A stretch of 64,000 bases of DNA, taken from the IMG/VR virus record IMGVR_UViG_3300008107_006173. The stretch is one strand, 5' to 3'. The DNA is from a virus. Its lineage: Duplodnaviria; Caudoviricetes. Within the stretch, counting starts at the first letter, position 1. Each line of letters opens with the position of its first letter. The translations under genes were made by a program, and so were the position numbers. Shown here piece by piece: positions 30,267 to 39,245 of this stretch. The notes beneath the pieces are model-generated. The model was not told where the DNA came from and did not search any database. It worked only from the letters and a program-made list of their open reading frames with translations.

Positions 30267-31661
30267 TTATTGTCCTTGTGTTACTGTGATTGCGCCACAA
30301 CCACCTGCGGTTGCACAACTGTGAGTTATAGAATAGAAGTTTTGTGTAGTGCCACTTTGTGTTAGGCTAATACTTGTTGGATTACCTGACAAGTTAATTA
30401 AAGCCATATGGCCTGCACTTCCTTCTTGAAGAACGGTAACAGATTTGCTACCGCCGGTTAATGCTAAATCCAGATAATGATTGCCATTATCTTTCTGCTG
30501 GATATTTAGCGTATTGTTATTATTTGCCACTGTAGCAAAGATTCCTTTTGCACCACCAGTGCCAGTTTGACTTAGTGTTAAACTGTTACTACTACCATTA
30601 ACTGCTAAATCCATATAATTGGTTACTGCATTACTTGTGCCGCTTTGTGTAGCGTTCACTGTATTGTTGTTACCGCTACTGTAATATTTGAAATAGTTTT
30701 CTCTAGTACCACTTTGCGTTACAGTGATGCTATTACTAGAACCAATCTGTTCAATGATAACTTTAGAATCTTTTACTGTTCTACTTGTAAAGGTATTAAC
30801 TTTGTTTGTGTTAACAGTATTAGCGTTAAATGAATCTCCACTACCTCCACAGCAATATGTTGGACCTGTTGGCCCACTAGGTGGGGGCGGCGCAGTACTA
30901 CCAGGATTTGGCTCAACTGATGTAAACTCTTGTCCGTTAAGCTGAGTAGTACCTATGATTTCATCAATGAAAAGAATAGGGCTTAGTGCTGTGTCGCCTA
31001 AGTTAAAAGATATAAATGCTAGATCGTAAGTGCCTGTAACGGTTACTGTAATAACAATCTGCTGCCAACCAGTTGAACCATAACTACCAGTTGAATAGTT
31101 ACCAGTTCCAGGATTTGTAAAACCTAGCAATGCATATTTTTGTTGTCCGTTAACTGTAACAGGTCCTGCAGGCCCAGTAACTACAACCATTGAACCATCG
31201 TTATATGGAGTGTAGTCTGTGCTTATGTAGTTCCATGCATAGGTATAAGTTTTGCCGGCTTCTAAAACTACACTACGCTTTGCAAAAGAAGCGTTAGTTG
31301 GATACATGTTACCATTTGCATAAATGGTATTTTTAATTGAAGTTGTTTCCGAACTGGTAAAGCCAAGTGTTGACATTGAAGAGTCAAATGATGGAGAACC
31401 GCCGCCGGCTTGAATAGCTAACATGTATGTGCCGTATGGCGTGACGGTCCAACACTTGCCACCACCTGGACAAAAATTAGACACACCTGTGGTAACTTGT
31501 GCGCCCGAACCGTTATCACTCCAGCCGCCGGTCTTTACTGTGGTGCTACCATTACTAACAGTCCAGTTAGTATAGTTACCATTTTCAAAACCATAGTTAG
31601 CTTCTTGCGCTGCCACTGGCGCACTAATGAGTAATAATAGTGCTGCTAAAATCTTTCTCAT
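30267..31661 (-). CDS. Exported protein with N-terminal globular domain and C-terminal curlin-like repeats
   Basis: Signal peptide; Pro-rich linker; repeated xIxQxGxxN motifs; Cys pairs. Confidence 0.75.
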   Translation of the reverse strand: MRKILAALLLLISAPVAAQEANYGFENGNYTNWTVSNGSTTVKTGGWSDNGSGAQVTTGVSNFCPGGGKCWTVTPYGTYMLAIQAGGGSPSFDSSMSTLGFTSSETTSIKNTIYANGNMYPTNASFAKRSVVLEAGKTYTYAWNYISTDYTPYNDGSMVVVTGPAGPVTVNGQQKYALLGFTNPGTGNYSTGSYGSTGWQQIVITVTVTGTYDLAFISFNLGDTALSPILFIDEIIGTTQLNGQEFTSVEPNPGSTAPPPPSGPTGPTYCCGGSGDSFNANTVNTNKVNTFTSRTVKDSKVIIEQIGSSNSITVTQSGTRENYFKYYSSGNNNTVNATQSGTSNAVTNYMDLAVNGSSNSLTLSQTGTGGAKGIFATVANNNNTLNIQQKDNGNHYLDLALTGGSKSVTVLQEGSAGHMALINLSGNPTSISLTQSGTTQNFYSITHSCATAGGCGAITVTQGQ

Positions 31662-32734
31662 TTACTCTGCCTAATAATTACTGTATTACCTGAGTTAGGT
31701 GCTGCGCCCCAACCTAGTTTGCCTTCGTCACCATTATGCACAATAGTTAAATTTAAGTTTGAACTTAATCTTGCTCGTACTTCTGCATAGTGATCACTAT
31801 CTGTAGTTCTATAAAAAGTTACATAAGGATTTGCTTCTACACAAATAATCTTTTCAGAGCAAGGGCCTCTCGCATTGCTGCCTGCTGCTAGAGCAGTAAG
31901 TTTAGCATCGTCTTTGTTATTATTTCTATTAGCATCTGCGTTAGCAACACGAGTTACTGTTTCTTCTTCTTTTTCTTCAAAGTCGTTTTCTTTTGAACTT
32001 TTTGCCATTTGCTCTTGAACTGCTTCTGGTGGGCTAATAATTAAGTCGTTGGTTACTTGACTGTCAAAACTGATTCTAGGATCAACTGTTGTTAGTTTTA
32101 AAATAACAACTGCGCTCGGAGATGCATCAAAGTTAGCAACATATGTTGCACTAAATGGTTCTGTTAGTTCTACTGAGCCGGCTGCGTTTTCAACTACTAT
32201 CTTACCTGTTTGACAATTAATTAATCGTTGATCGTCTGTTTTAACTGTTTCATTCTCGTCGCGACAGCTAGGTACTAGTACTACTAGACTTCTACCAGCT
32301 TCGTCAACGGTCATGTGAAAATCTGTGCCTCTAACTGCGATTGCAGCACTGGGCGTTTTAATATTGATACGCTGAGGATTTACTTTTGCAATTTGACCGC
32401 TGGCATAGCGAACGGTACCCATTGACACTTTCATTGCCAATCTGCCAGCGTCACTGCGTTTTGGATCGTACACAAAGTCATCAATTACTAGTCGACTGTT
32501 TTCTGTAATTTTTACTTTAGTGTTGTCTCTAAAATTAATGTTTAGTGTAGTACCTTTACGGGTACTCACAGTATCGTTGGATACGATACCTGTGTTAGGT
32601 TTACCAGCAATAACTTGTTTTCCTCGCTGGATAGAGGAGTCGGGGCCAACCTGAGTTGAAATTTTACCAATTTCAGCCCAAGCTGGCGCCGAACTTAAAA
32701 AACATACTGCTACAATGGCGAACCAGCGAAACAT
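31658..32734 (-). CDS. FecR-domain exported protein
   Basis: Signal peptide; ITENSRLVID, GTVRYASG, TPSAAIAVRGTDF. Confidence 0.85.
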   Translation of the reverse strand: MFRWFAIVAVCFLSSAPAWAEIGKISTQVGPDSSIQRGKQVIAGKPNTGIVSNDTVSTRKGTTLNINFRDNTKVKITENSRLVIDDFVYDPKRSDAGRLAMKVSMGTVRYASGQIAKVNPQRINIKTPSAAIAVRGTDFHMTVDEAGRSLVVLVPSCRDENETVKTDDQRLINCQTGKIVVENAAGSVELTEPFSATYVANFDASPSAVVILKLTTVDPRISFDSQVTNDLIISPPEAVQEQMAKSSKENDFEEKEEETVTRVANADANRNNNKDDAKLTALAAGSNARGPCSEKIICVEANPYVTFYRTTDSDHYAEVRARLSSNLNLTIVHNGDEGKLGWGAAPNSGNTVIIRQSK

Positions 32735-33426
32735 TAGTTCTGTGTTGTTACATTGATGACATTACTGCCACCGTTAACTTTGATGTTAACAGTTGTGTCA
32801 ATAGTACCACCCTGTGTAGTTGTAATTTGGTTTAGTGAACCAACTACTGCTACTTTTAGGTCGTGTCCACTAACACCAGCTGAACCAGTTTGTGTGTGAC
32901 GTAGAACGTTACTATCACCACTGATATCAACATCAAGTTTGCCGTTGCTACTTGTTAGTGTATATGCAAGGTCGTTTAAGTTACCAACAATCTTTGTTTT
33001 ACTGTTAATAGCACTACCTGCAATAGTTTCAACTAACTTGTTACCATTACCTGTAATAGTTTGATCAATAGTAACACCTGTACATGCACCTGCGCTTGTA
33101 CCGCAAGTTACTGTTACATCGTTTAAATTACCAGTTACAACACTGGTATATGTGTTCCCGTTACCTGTTATTTTATAATTTGCTTTATTGTTATCTCCAG
33201 TCTGGCTCATTGTGACTGTGTTAGTATCGCCAGTAACAGTAGCATAGTCGCTGGTGCTAACACCAATACTATTACCACTACCGGTTTGTGTTAGGGTAAC
33301 TGTATTACTATTACCAACTTGGTCAATCATAACCTTGTTAGTAGTACTTGCTACCTGAGCAAAAGAACTGGTAGAGCCTAAAGCCATTACAAGACCAAAC
33401 AACAAGCCTTTCAATGTCTTAGTCAT
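32734..33426 (-). CDS. Curlin-repeat protein (CsgA/CsgB-like)
   Basis: Signal peptide; about 9 repeats such as IDQVGNSN, LTQTGSGN, MSQTGDNN. Confidence 0.75.
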   Translation of the reverse strand: MTKTLKGLLFGLVMALGSTSSFAQVASTTNKVMIDQVGNSNTVTLTQTGSGNSIGVSTSDYATVTGDTNTVTMSQTGDNNKANYKITGNGNTYTSVVTGNLNDVTVTCGTSAGACTGVTIDQTITGNGNKLVETIAGSAINSKTKIVGNLNDLAYTLTSSNGKLDVDISGDSNVLRHTQTGSAGVSGHDLKVAVVGSLNQITTTQGGTIDTTVNIKVNGGSNVINVTTQN

Positions 33427-34397
33427 TAGCCCTCTCCTGTTTTAATTTTATTACCGGAACCATCTTCTAGTTCTACGGCTTCTTTCTTCTCTTTACTTTT
33501 TAGTGTGTTTTTTAGCTTATTAAGAATTTTTGCTTCTTCTTTAGCTTTTGTTTCTGCTTCTTGAGCTAGTCTAATTTCTTCTACAGATTTTGGATCATAG
33601 TCCCATAAGCCTTTTTGTTGTCCTAAGCGAATCATCTCAACTACTGCGGCTTGAATAGCCATGTTAGTTGCACGATTTCCGCTTTCGTTCACACCCATGC
33701 CAATTTCAGCTTCAATAGATTTTGTACCAGCTTCTACAAATCGTAATACGCCTAGCTTGTCCATGTAGCTATAAACTGTTTTAGTTGTTGTGATGCTTGT
33801 TAATACTTCACCTGAAGTAACACTTACTACACGCAAACTTACTGTAATCATATCTGCTTGATATTGTGTTTGTGGTCCAATACCGAGGATACGCATACCA
33901 CTGCCGCCTGTTACAATATTGCTATCATAACCAACAATACCGCCTTCAATCAAAATACCTGCAAACAACATTGGCGGCAATGGTTTTGCATTTTCTCCAT
34001 CATAGATTTCTCTCATCTGACGAATCATCTGGCGTTCTTTCATTAGGTTGTCTAAGCCCACACGCTCGACAACTTTGAACCAATTTCCGCCGCCAACATC
34101 TTGAAGTGACTTAATCAAGTATGTTTCCGCACCTTGTGTAACTGCACTACTTAACTGTGCAACCATTGGGCTAGGCTTGCGCTGCCCGGTTCTGTCTAAG
34201 AAGCCATAAACTGCAACTACGATTGGACCGTTGGCTGGTTTTGGTAATACGAACTCTGGGCGATCCAGTGTTGTACCTTCAATCTTTGCATCTTGGAATT
34301 GAGTCTTAGTTAACAACTTATCCATTTGTGAATAACTTGCACAACCACTCATCACAAGACTTGCACTTGCTAATAACGCTATTGATAGTTTTTTCAT
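33426..34397 (-). CDS. csgG: Curli secretion channel CsgG
   Basis: Lipobox VMSG-C; VAVYGFLDRTGQRK, VTQGA, WFKVVERVGLDNLMKERQ, EGGIVGYD. Confidence 0.92.
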   Translation of the reverse strand: MKKLSIALLASASLVMSGCASYSQMDKLLTKTQFQDAKIEGTTLDRPEFVLPKPANGPIVVAVYGFLDRTGQRKPSPMVAQLSSAVTQGAETYLIKSLQDVGGGNWFKVVERVGLDNLMKERQMIRQMREIYDGENAKPLPPMLFAGILIEGGIVGYDSNIVTGGSGMRILGIGPQTQYQADMITVSLRVVSVTSGEVLTSITTTKTVYSYMDKLGVLRFVEAGTKSIEAEIGMGVNESGNRATNMAIQAAVVEMIRLGQQKGLWDYDPKSVEEIRLAQEAETKAKEEAKILNKLKNTLKSKEKKEAVELEDGSGNKIKTGEG

Positions 34398-34398
34398 A

Positions 34399-34872
34399 TT
34401 AACCACCACCTGCTGCGCCAACCATTGTTGCCACTGGGACTTTAATAATTGTTACTGTGCCATTAGCATCTGTAATAGTCAATGTAATAAAGTTACCATC
34501 TTTCTTATACGATACTGTACCACCTGTTGGAAAATCTAGTACGCCTTCGCTAATACCACTTTCACCAAAGATATTGTCAGTGATTTGTTTTGCAAGTTCC
34601 TGATACATTCTGCTTTCAAGTGCTTGCTTGAAGCGATAGATTGGATCTTGCATCAACTTTAATTCTGCCTTTGCTTCTGCTTGTGCTCGTTCGTCTTTGA
34701 TTTTTTGTTTAGCTGCTTGCTCTTGATTGTAAACGCTCAACACATGTTGAGTGTAACCGATACCGCTAAATGCCGGGCTGTTAAACTGATGCACAATTTC
34801 ACTGGCGCCGGCAGACGATGCAGAAACAAGTAGGGCAGTTAAAGCTAAAATGTTAATTTTTCTTACCATCAT
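34399..34872 (-). CDS. csgF: Curli assembly component CsgF
   Basis: Signal peptide then SEIVHQFNSPAFSG; directly upstream of csgG. Confidence 0.8.
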   Translation of the reverse strand: MMVRKINILALTALLVSASSAGASEIVHQFNSPAFSGIGYTQHVLSVYNQEQAAKQKIKDERAQAEAKAELKLMQDPIYRFKQALESRMYQELAKQITDNIFGESGISEGVLDFPTGGTVSYKKDGNFITLTITDANGTVTIIKVPVATMVGAAGGG

Positions 34873-34885
34873 TTCCTGTTTCCTC

Positions 34886-35206
34886 TCATTTTTTTGTTCT
34901 TTCCACTTGTGTTGTGTTTACTTTTTCTTTGAGTTCTTCTAGCTCTTTCTCTTTTTGAGCCTTCTCAATAATTTTTTGTACTGCTCTATATTCCAATACA
35001 ACATGTACTTTTTGTTGCAGTCTAATCATATCTTGGTCAAGCATACGAGTTTTATCAATAACTTTAATCAATGCTACATGCATTTCTTGCAACGCTGGAT
35101 CGATGTGCTCGCCAATAAAATTCCATATGAAATAAATGAAGTAGCCTAGACCTACAGCCATTACTATAGGAAAACCGTATTGACTGATTAAATCAGCTAT
35201 ATCCAT
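34886..35206 (-). CDS. Small membrane protein
   Basis: GFPIVMAVGLGYFIYFIW TM helix plus coiled coil. Confidence 0.75.
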   Translation of the reverse strand: MDIADLISQYGFPIVMAVGLGYFIYFIWNFIGEHIDPALQEMHVALIKVIDKTRMLDQDMIRLQQKVHVVLEYRAVQKIIEKAQKEKELEELKEKVNTTQVERTKK

Positions 35207-35367
35207 CACTTATCCTCTTTTACTTTAACAAGTATAAGTCTATTGTTTTCGTCAATTACTGCACGAAATACATCTCCTGATTCTACACCAAGAGTTGCAG
35301 GATTTAATTCTTTATCGAATCTAATATTATCGCCTGCTTTTTCAAAAAAATAGTCAACAAATACCAT
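35206..35367 (-). CDS. 53-aa protein (not in ORF track)
   Basis: MVFVDYFFEKAGDNIRFDKELNPATLGVESGDVFRAVIDENNRLILVKVKEDK; fills the gap with TAAATG and TGATG coupling. Confidence 0.7.
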   Translation of the reverse strand: MVFVDYFFEKAGDNIRFDKELNPATLGVESGDVFRAVIDENNRLILVKVKEDK

Positions 35368-35664
35368 TTAATCTCTCCTTGCGTCTACTTTGCCGTCTTC
35401 AACAAAGTTTGTCGCCCTTGAAATGCGTTCAATATCGGGCTTTAGTTCTAATGCACTACTTACTAGTAGGTCAATCTTCATCATTTCGTTGCTCATTGTT
35501 GTAGCACGATTTTCTAAAGACTTGCAAAACATAGTCAGAGTTTTAACTTGGCCGACGATACCTTCAAGTATCTGCTTGATGACTAGAAATATAAAGAAGC
35601 CCATTACTGCCGATCCGGCAATAGGAGCGCCAACTTCTGCGATAAGTTTGAAAACTTCTTCCAC
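35368..35664 (-). CDS. Small membrane protein
   Basis: GAPIAGSAVMGFFIFLVI TM helix; ends DARRD; GTG start with GAGGG RBS. Confidence 0.75.
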   Translation of the reverse strand: MEEVFKLIAEVGAPIAGSAVMGFFIFLVIKQILEGIVGQVKTLTMFCKSLENRATTMSNEMMKIDLLVSSALELKPDIERISRATNFVEDGKVDARRD

Positions 35665-35729
35665 AGATCACCTCTCTGCTGTGTAAATTTAATTGAGGTG
35701 TGTGTTGATTGTATGTGTTCTTACCTATA

Positions 35730-35737
35730 TATTTATA
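35730..35737 (-). promoter_or_regulatory. Late promoter TATAAATA heading the curli operon
   Basis: Exact T4 late consensus between a terminator and the first operon gene. Confidence 0.75.
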
Positions 35738-35780
35738 CATTTGCGAGCAATTATTATATTACTACACAAATAAAAGCCAC

Positions 35781-35808
35781 AAAAAAAGGCTAGTCTAACT
35801 AGCCTTTT
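35781..35808. terminator. Terminator after the fibre gene
   Basis: AAAAGGCTAG-TCTAA-CTAGCCTTTT. Confidence 0.8.
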
Positions 35809-35831
35809 AGTGTTTAATTTTTTAAATTAAA

Positions 35832-38800
35832 TTATAGTCTGCCTACTGCTACTTCAATTACGCCTTCTGCGCCGTCAAAGTTTTCTAGTGACTTGCCGAT
35901 TACAGAACCTACTACTGGATTAGCTTCTGCACGGGCACGACCGTTGCCTGCGGATACCATCATATCGCCCTTGGCAACTGGACCCACTACCTTACATGGT
36001 ACACGACCTTGTAGAGCAATAGCTGCTGCTACGCCGCCTAGTTCACTGTTCATCAAGTGAGCTGGTGCTGTTGTTACAACGCCTGCTACCTTGCGGCACA
36101 TATCTGTGTCGCATAGTGTAACTTCTGCTTCACCTCCAAAGTGTAGAACTGTGCCTGGCTCGTAGTCTGCGTCTGCTGAATACTTTTCTGCCAAGTCAGC
36201 GTATCTAGCTGTTGTTGCAGTACCACTAAATGTAGCAGCAAAAATAGTATTAAAGGTATTGTCGCTTTGACCAATATTACCTGTAGCAGTTGTACCGCTC
36301 TTAACAATCACAGGAGTTGTAATCTGTGTTGTAAAGGTTGGACTTGTAGCAAATACTAGCGCACCGCTACCAGTTTCATCAGTGACTGCACCTGCTAGGT
36401 TAGCACTTGATGGTGTTGCTAAGAATGTTGCTACGCCTGTGCCTAGGCCGCTAATACCAGTGCTAACTGGAAGACCAGTTGCGTTAGTTAGTGTACCGCT
36501 AGTTGGTGTGCCTAATGCACCACCGTTAACTACAAATGCGCCGGATGAACCGGTGTTAACTGCTAGAGCTGATGCAACACCAGTTCCTAAACCGCTTACA
36601 TCGTTAGCAATACGAACAGTTAGTGTATTGTTAGCACCATTAATTGTCTTATTAGTTAGTGTTTCAGAACCAGCCTGTGTTGACAATGTTCCACTTGTTG
36701 GGAAAGTAACGTTACTGGCTGCTGTAGTTGTTAATGTTAGAGCAAAAGCACCATTTGTTGCTAGTGTGCTACCATTAGCTAATGTTAGTGTTGCACTTGT
36801 TGCTGGTGCAGTAAATGCAACCTTGTTAATGCTTGTAGCACTTGCTACACCCAATGTTGGTGTAGTTAGTGATGGACTTGTAGCAAATACTAGCGCACCG
36901 CTACCAGTTTCATCAGTGACTGCACCTGCTAGGTTAGCACTTGATGGTGTTGCTAAGAATGTTGCTACGCCTGTGCCTAGTCCAGTAATAGAACCTACTG
37001 CCGGGGTAATAGCAATATTACTTGCACTAGTAACGCGACCGTAAGTATCAACTACTACCTGGCTTACCGCTGCAGCAGTACCATATGTTCCTGCTGCTAC
37101 GCCTGATGCACTTAGTGCAACATCGTCAGCATTTACAGTAATACCTGTACCTGCACCAACTGCTAATACACCTGATGCAAATGTTAAACCTGCACCTGCT
37201 GTTGAACTTGCTAGGCTAATTACACCGCTACTGTAGCTAACACCATTTGTGCCACTTAGACGTGCATCAATGCGTGAGTTTGCTTCTGCTTGACTTGGGC
37301 CTGTGTAGGTAAATACGCCATTGCTATAGCTAAAACTGCCGTCCCCACCAGCATCACTAGCACTGAATAGTGAAGTGATATATGTTGCGTTAACAGCAAC
37401 ATTATCAGCGTTTACAGTAATGCCTGTGCCAGCACCGACTGCTAATACACCTGAAGTATAAGTTAAACCTGCACCGCCGCTGATTCTAGCATCAATACGA
37501 GTATTTGCTTCTGCTTGACTTGGGCCTGTGTAGGTAATTATACCTGTACCGCTGTCATAGCTAAGTGAACCATCACCACCAGCGTCAGTAACGCTAATAT
37601 TACCACGAGCTCTTGCGGCAGTAAAGTACAAGTTTGTACCTTCTGCTAGATCAGCTGTGTCATGATTTGAAAGACTTGAAACTGTACCTGTTACATTACC
37701 TACGATTGTGCCGTAGAAAACATTTGCTTGTACATCGGCAAATTGGAATGTGTTATTAGATGTATCAATTACTTGGCCTGGTTCTGGAACATATCCTTTA
37801 AAGAACTTCCAGCGACCATCTGTAGCATCACGGAACACACCTGTGTGTGCATATGTGCCGTCATTGTAGTTACCAACAAAACCTAAGTCTGGATTAGTTA
37901 TTGTACTGTTAGCATTCAGATAAATTAGGGCGTCTTCAACTGATAGGTTAGTAGCACTAATTGTCGTAGTGTTACCGTTAACTACTAGATTGCCTTCAAT
38001 TGTTACTGTACCTGTTGCATCAATGTTATTAAATATAACATTGCTGGTTGTATTAACAGCCTGGCCAATTGCAATAACACCCGAAGTATATGTAACACCG
38101 GTGCCGCCGCTTAGACGTGCATCAATACGAGTGTTTGCTTCTGCTTGACTTGGGCCTGTGTATGTAAACACACCGTTGCTATAGCTAAAGCTGCCATCGC
38201 CGCCAGCGTCAGTTGCGCTGAATAGTGAAGTGATATATGTTGCGTTTACAGCAACATCATCTGCGTTTACAGTAATGCCTGTACCTGCGCCAACTGCAAA
38301 TGTACCTGAGCTGTATGTTAAACCACTACCACCTGTTAGGTGAGCTCTTACTTCTGTTGCGCTTGGGCCTGTGTATGTGAACACACCATTGCTGTAGGTA
38401 AAGCTGCCGTCGCCGCCTGCGTCTGTTGCACTGAATAGTGAAGTGATATATGCAGCATTAACAGCAATATCGTCAGTATTAACTGTGATACCAGTACCTG
38501 CGCCTACAGAAAATGTACCATTAGTTTTAGTAATGCCGCCGCCGCCTACTAGATAAGCATCCATGCGAGCATTTGCTTCTGCTTGACTTGGGCCTGTGTA
38601 TGAAAATTCGCCGTTGCTGTATGAGAAGGAACCATCGCCACCTGTATCGGTTGCACTAAACAAGCTCTTAATATAAGTTGCGTTAACCGCTACATCGTCA
38701 GTGTTAACAAGAATACCTGTACCGGCGCCAATATTTAGGGTTACTGTGCCAGTGGTACCGCCGCCAATTAAACCATTACCTGCGGTAACACCTTCAATGT

Positions 38801-39206
38801 CACCTGCGTCATTTGTAAAGCTGAATACACCTGATGATGCATTATAGCTTAAATCACCGCTTGCGCTGAATAATCCTCTAACATCGGCATTACTAATAGA
38901 AACTGCATCAGAAGAAACACTTATACCATATCCTGCGCCAACATTTAAATTAGCGTTGCCACTGTCGGCGCCGCCTGTTAAACCGTTGCCTGCAATAACG
39001 CCGGTAATGTCTGCTACAATGTTTCCAACTGTTCCGGAAATTGCAGCAAGTTGCGCTGCTGTAGCTAGAGGATGTCCTCCGGCAGTAACACCGTCATGAA
39101 CCACAACTGTGTTTTTATCCGTATCGACCGTAATTTCTCTAGACAGACCCGTAAAGTTTGCGTGTTCAGCAGTAGTACCACCACGTCTCTGAATTGCTGT
39201 TGCCAT
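35832..39206 (-). CDS. Fibre/adhesin protein with Mtd-like N-terminus, Gly-rich repeats and C-terminal chaperone-like domain
   Basis: TAIQRRGGTTAEHANFTG..REITVDTDKNTVVVHDG; five GGDGS units; C-terminal RYADLAEKY; late promoter 39234-39241. Confidence 0.8.
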   Translation of the reverse strand: MATAIQRRGGTTAEHANFTGLSREITVDTDKNTVVVHDGVTAGGHPLATAAQLAAISGTVGNIVADITGVIAGNGLTGGADSGNANLNVGAGYGISVSSDAVSISNADVRGLFSASGDLSYNASSGVFSFTNDAGDIEGVTAGNGLIGGGTTGTVTLNIGAGTGILVNTDDVAVNATYIKSLFSATDTGGDGSFSYSNGEFSYTGPSQAEANARMDAYLVGGGGITKTNGTFSVGAGTGITVNTDDIAVNAAYITSLFSATDAGGDGSFTYSNGVFTYTGPSATEVRAHLTGGSGLTYSSGTFAVGAGTGITVNADDVAVNATYITSLFSATDAGGDGSFSYSNGVFTYTGPSQAEANTRIDARLSGGTGVTYTSGVIAIGQAVNTTSNVIFNNIDATGTVTIEGNLVVNGNTTTISATNLSVEDALIYLNANSTITNPDLGFVGNYNDGTYAHTGVFRDATDGRWKFFKGYVPEPGQVIDTSNNTFQFADVQANVFYGTIVGNVTGTVSSLSNHDTADLAEGTNLYFTAARARGNISVTDAGGDGSLSYDSGTGIITYTGPSQAEANTRIDARISGGAGLTYTSGVLAVGAGTGITVNADNVAVNATYITSLFSASDAGGDGSFSYSNGVFTYTGPSQAEANSRIDARLSGTNGVSYSSGVISLASSTAGAGLTFASGVLAVGAGTGITVNADDVALSASGVAAGTYGTAAAVSQVVVDTYGRVTSASNIAITPAVGSITGLGTGVATFLATPSSANLAGAVTDETGSGALVFATSPSLTTPTLGVASATSINKVAFTAPATSATLTLANGSTLATNGAFALTLTTTAASNVTFPTSGTLSTQAGSETLTNKTINGANNTLTVRIANDVSGLGTGVASALAVNTGSSGAFVVNGGALGTPTSGTLTNATGLPVSTGISGLGTGVATFLATPSSANLAGAVTDETGSGALVFATSPTFTTQITTPVIVKSGTTATGNIGQSDNTFNTIFAATFSGTATTARYADLAEKYSADADYEPGTVLHFGGEAEVTLCDTDMCRKVAGVVTTAPAHLMNSELGGVAAAIALQGRVPCKVVGPVAKGDMMVSAGNGRARAEANPVVGSVIGKSLENFDGAEGVIEVAVGRL
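36339..36980. repeat. 108-bp exact direct repeat (36339-36446 and 36873-36980)
   Basis: Base-by-base identical; encodes LGTGVATFLATPSSANLAGAVTDETGSGALVFATSP; offset 534 bp, in frame. Confidence 0.9.
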
Positions 39207-39245
39207 CTCAAAAACCCCTAAATTATATGTCTATATTTATCATTT

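Noticed and set aside
28232-35664. Curli block as host contamination or prophage flank
   Set aside because: It is contiguous with virion genes, headed by the phage late-promoter consensus, and no integrase or host housekeeping genes are present; read-level confirmation is still advisable
35832-39206. Diversity-generating retroelement
   Set aside because: Mtd-like N-terminus only; no reverse transcriptase in the window, and the 108-bp pair is identical rather than differing at adenines
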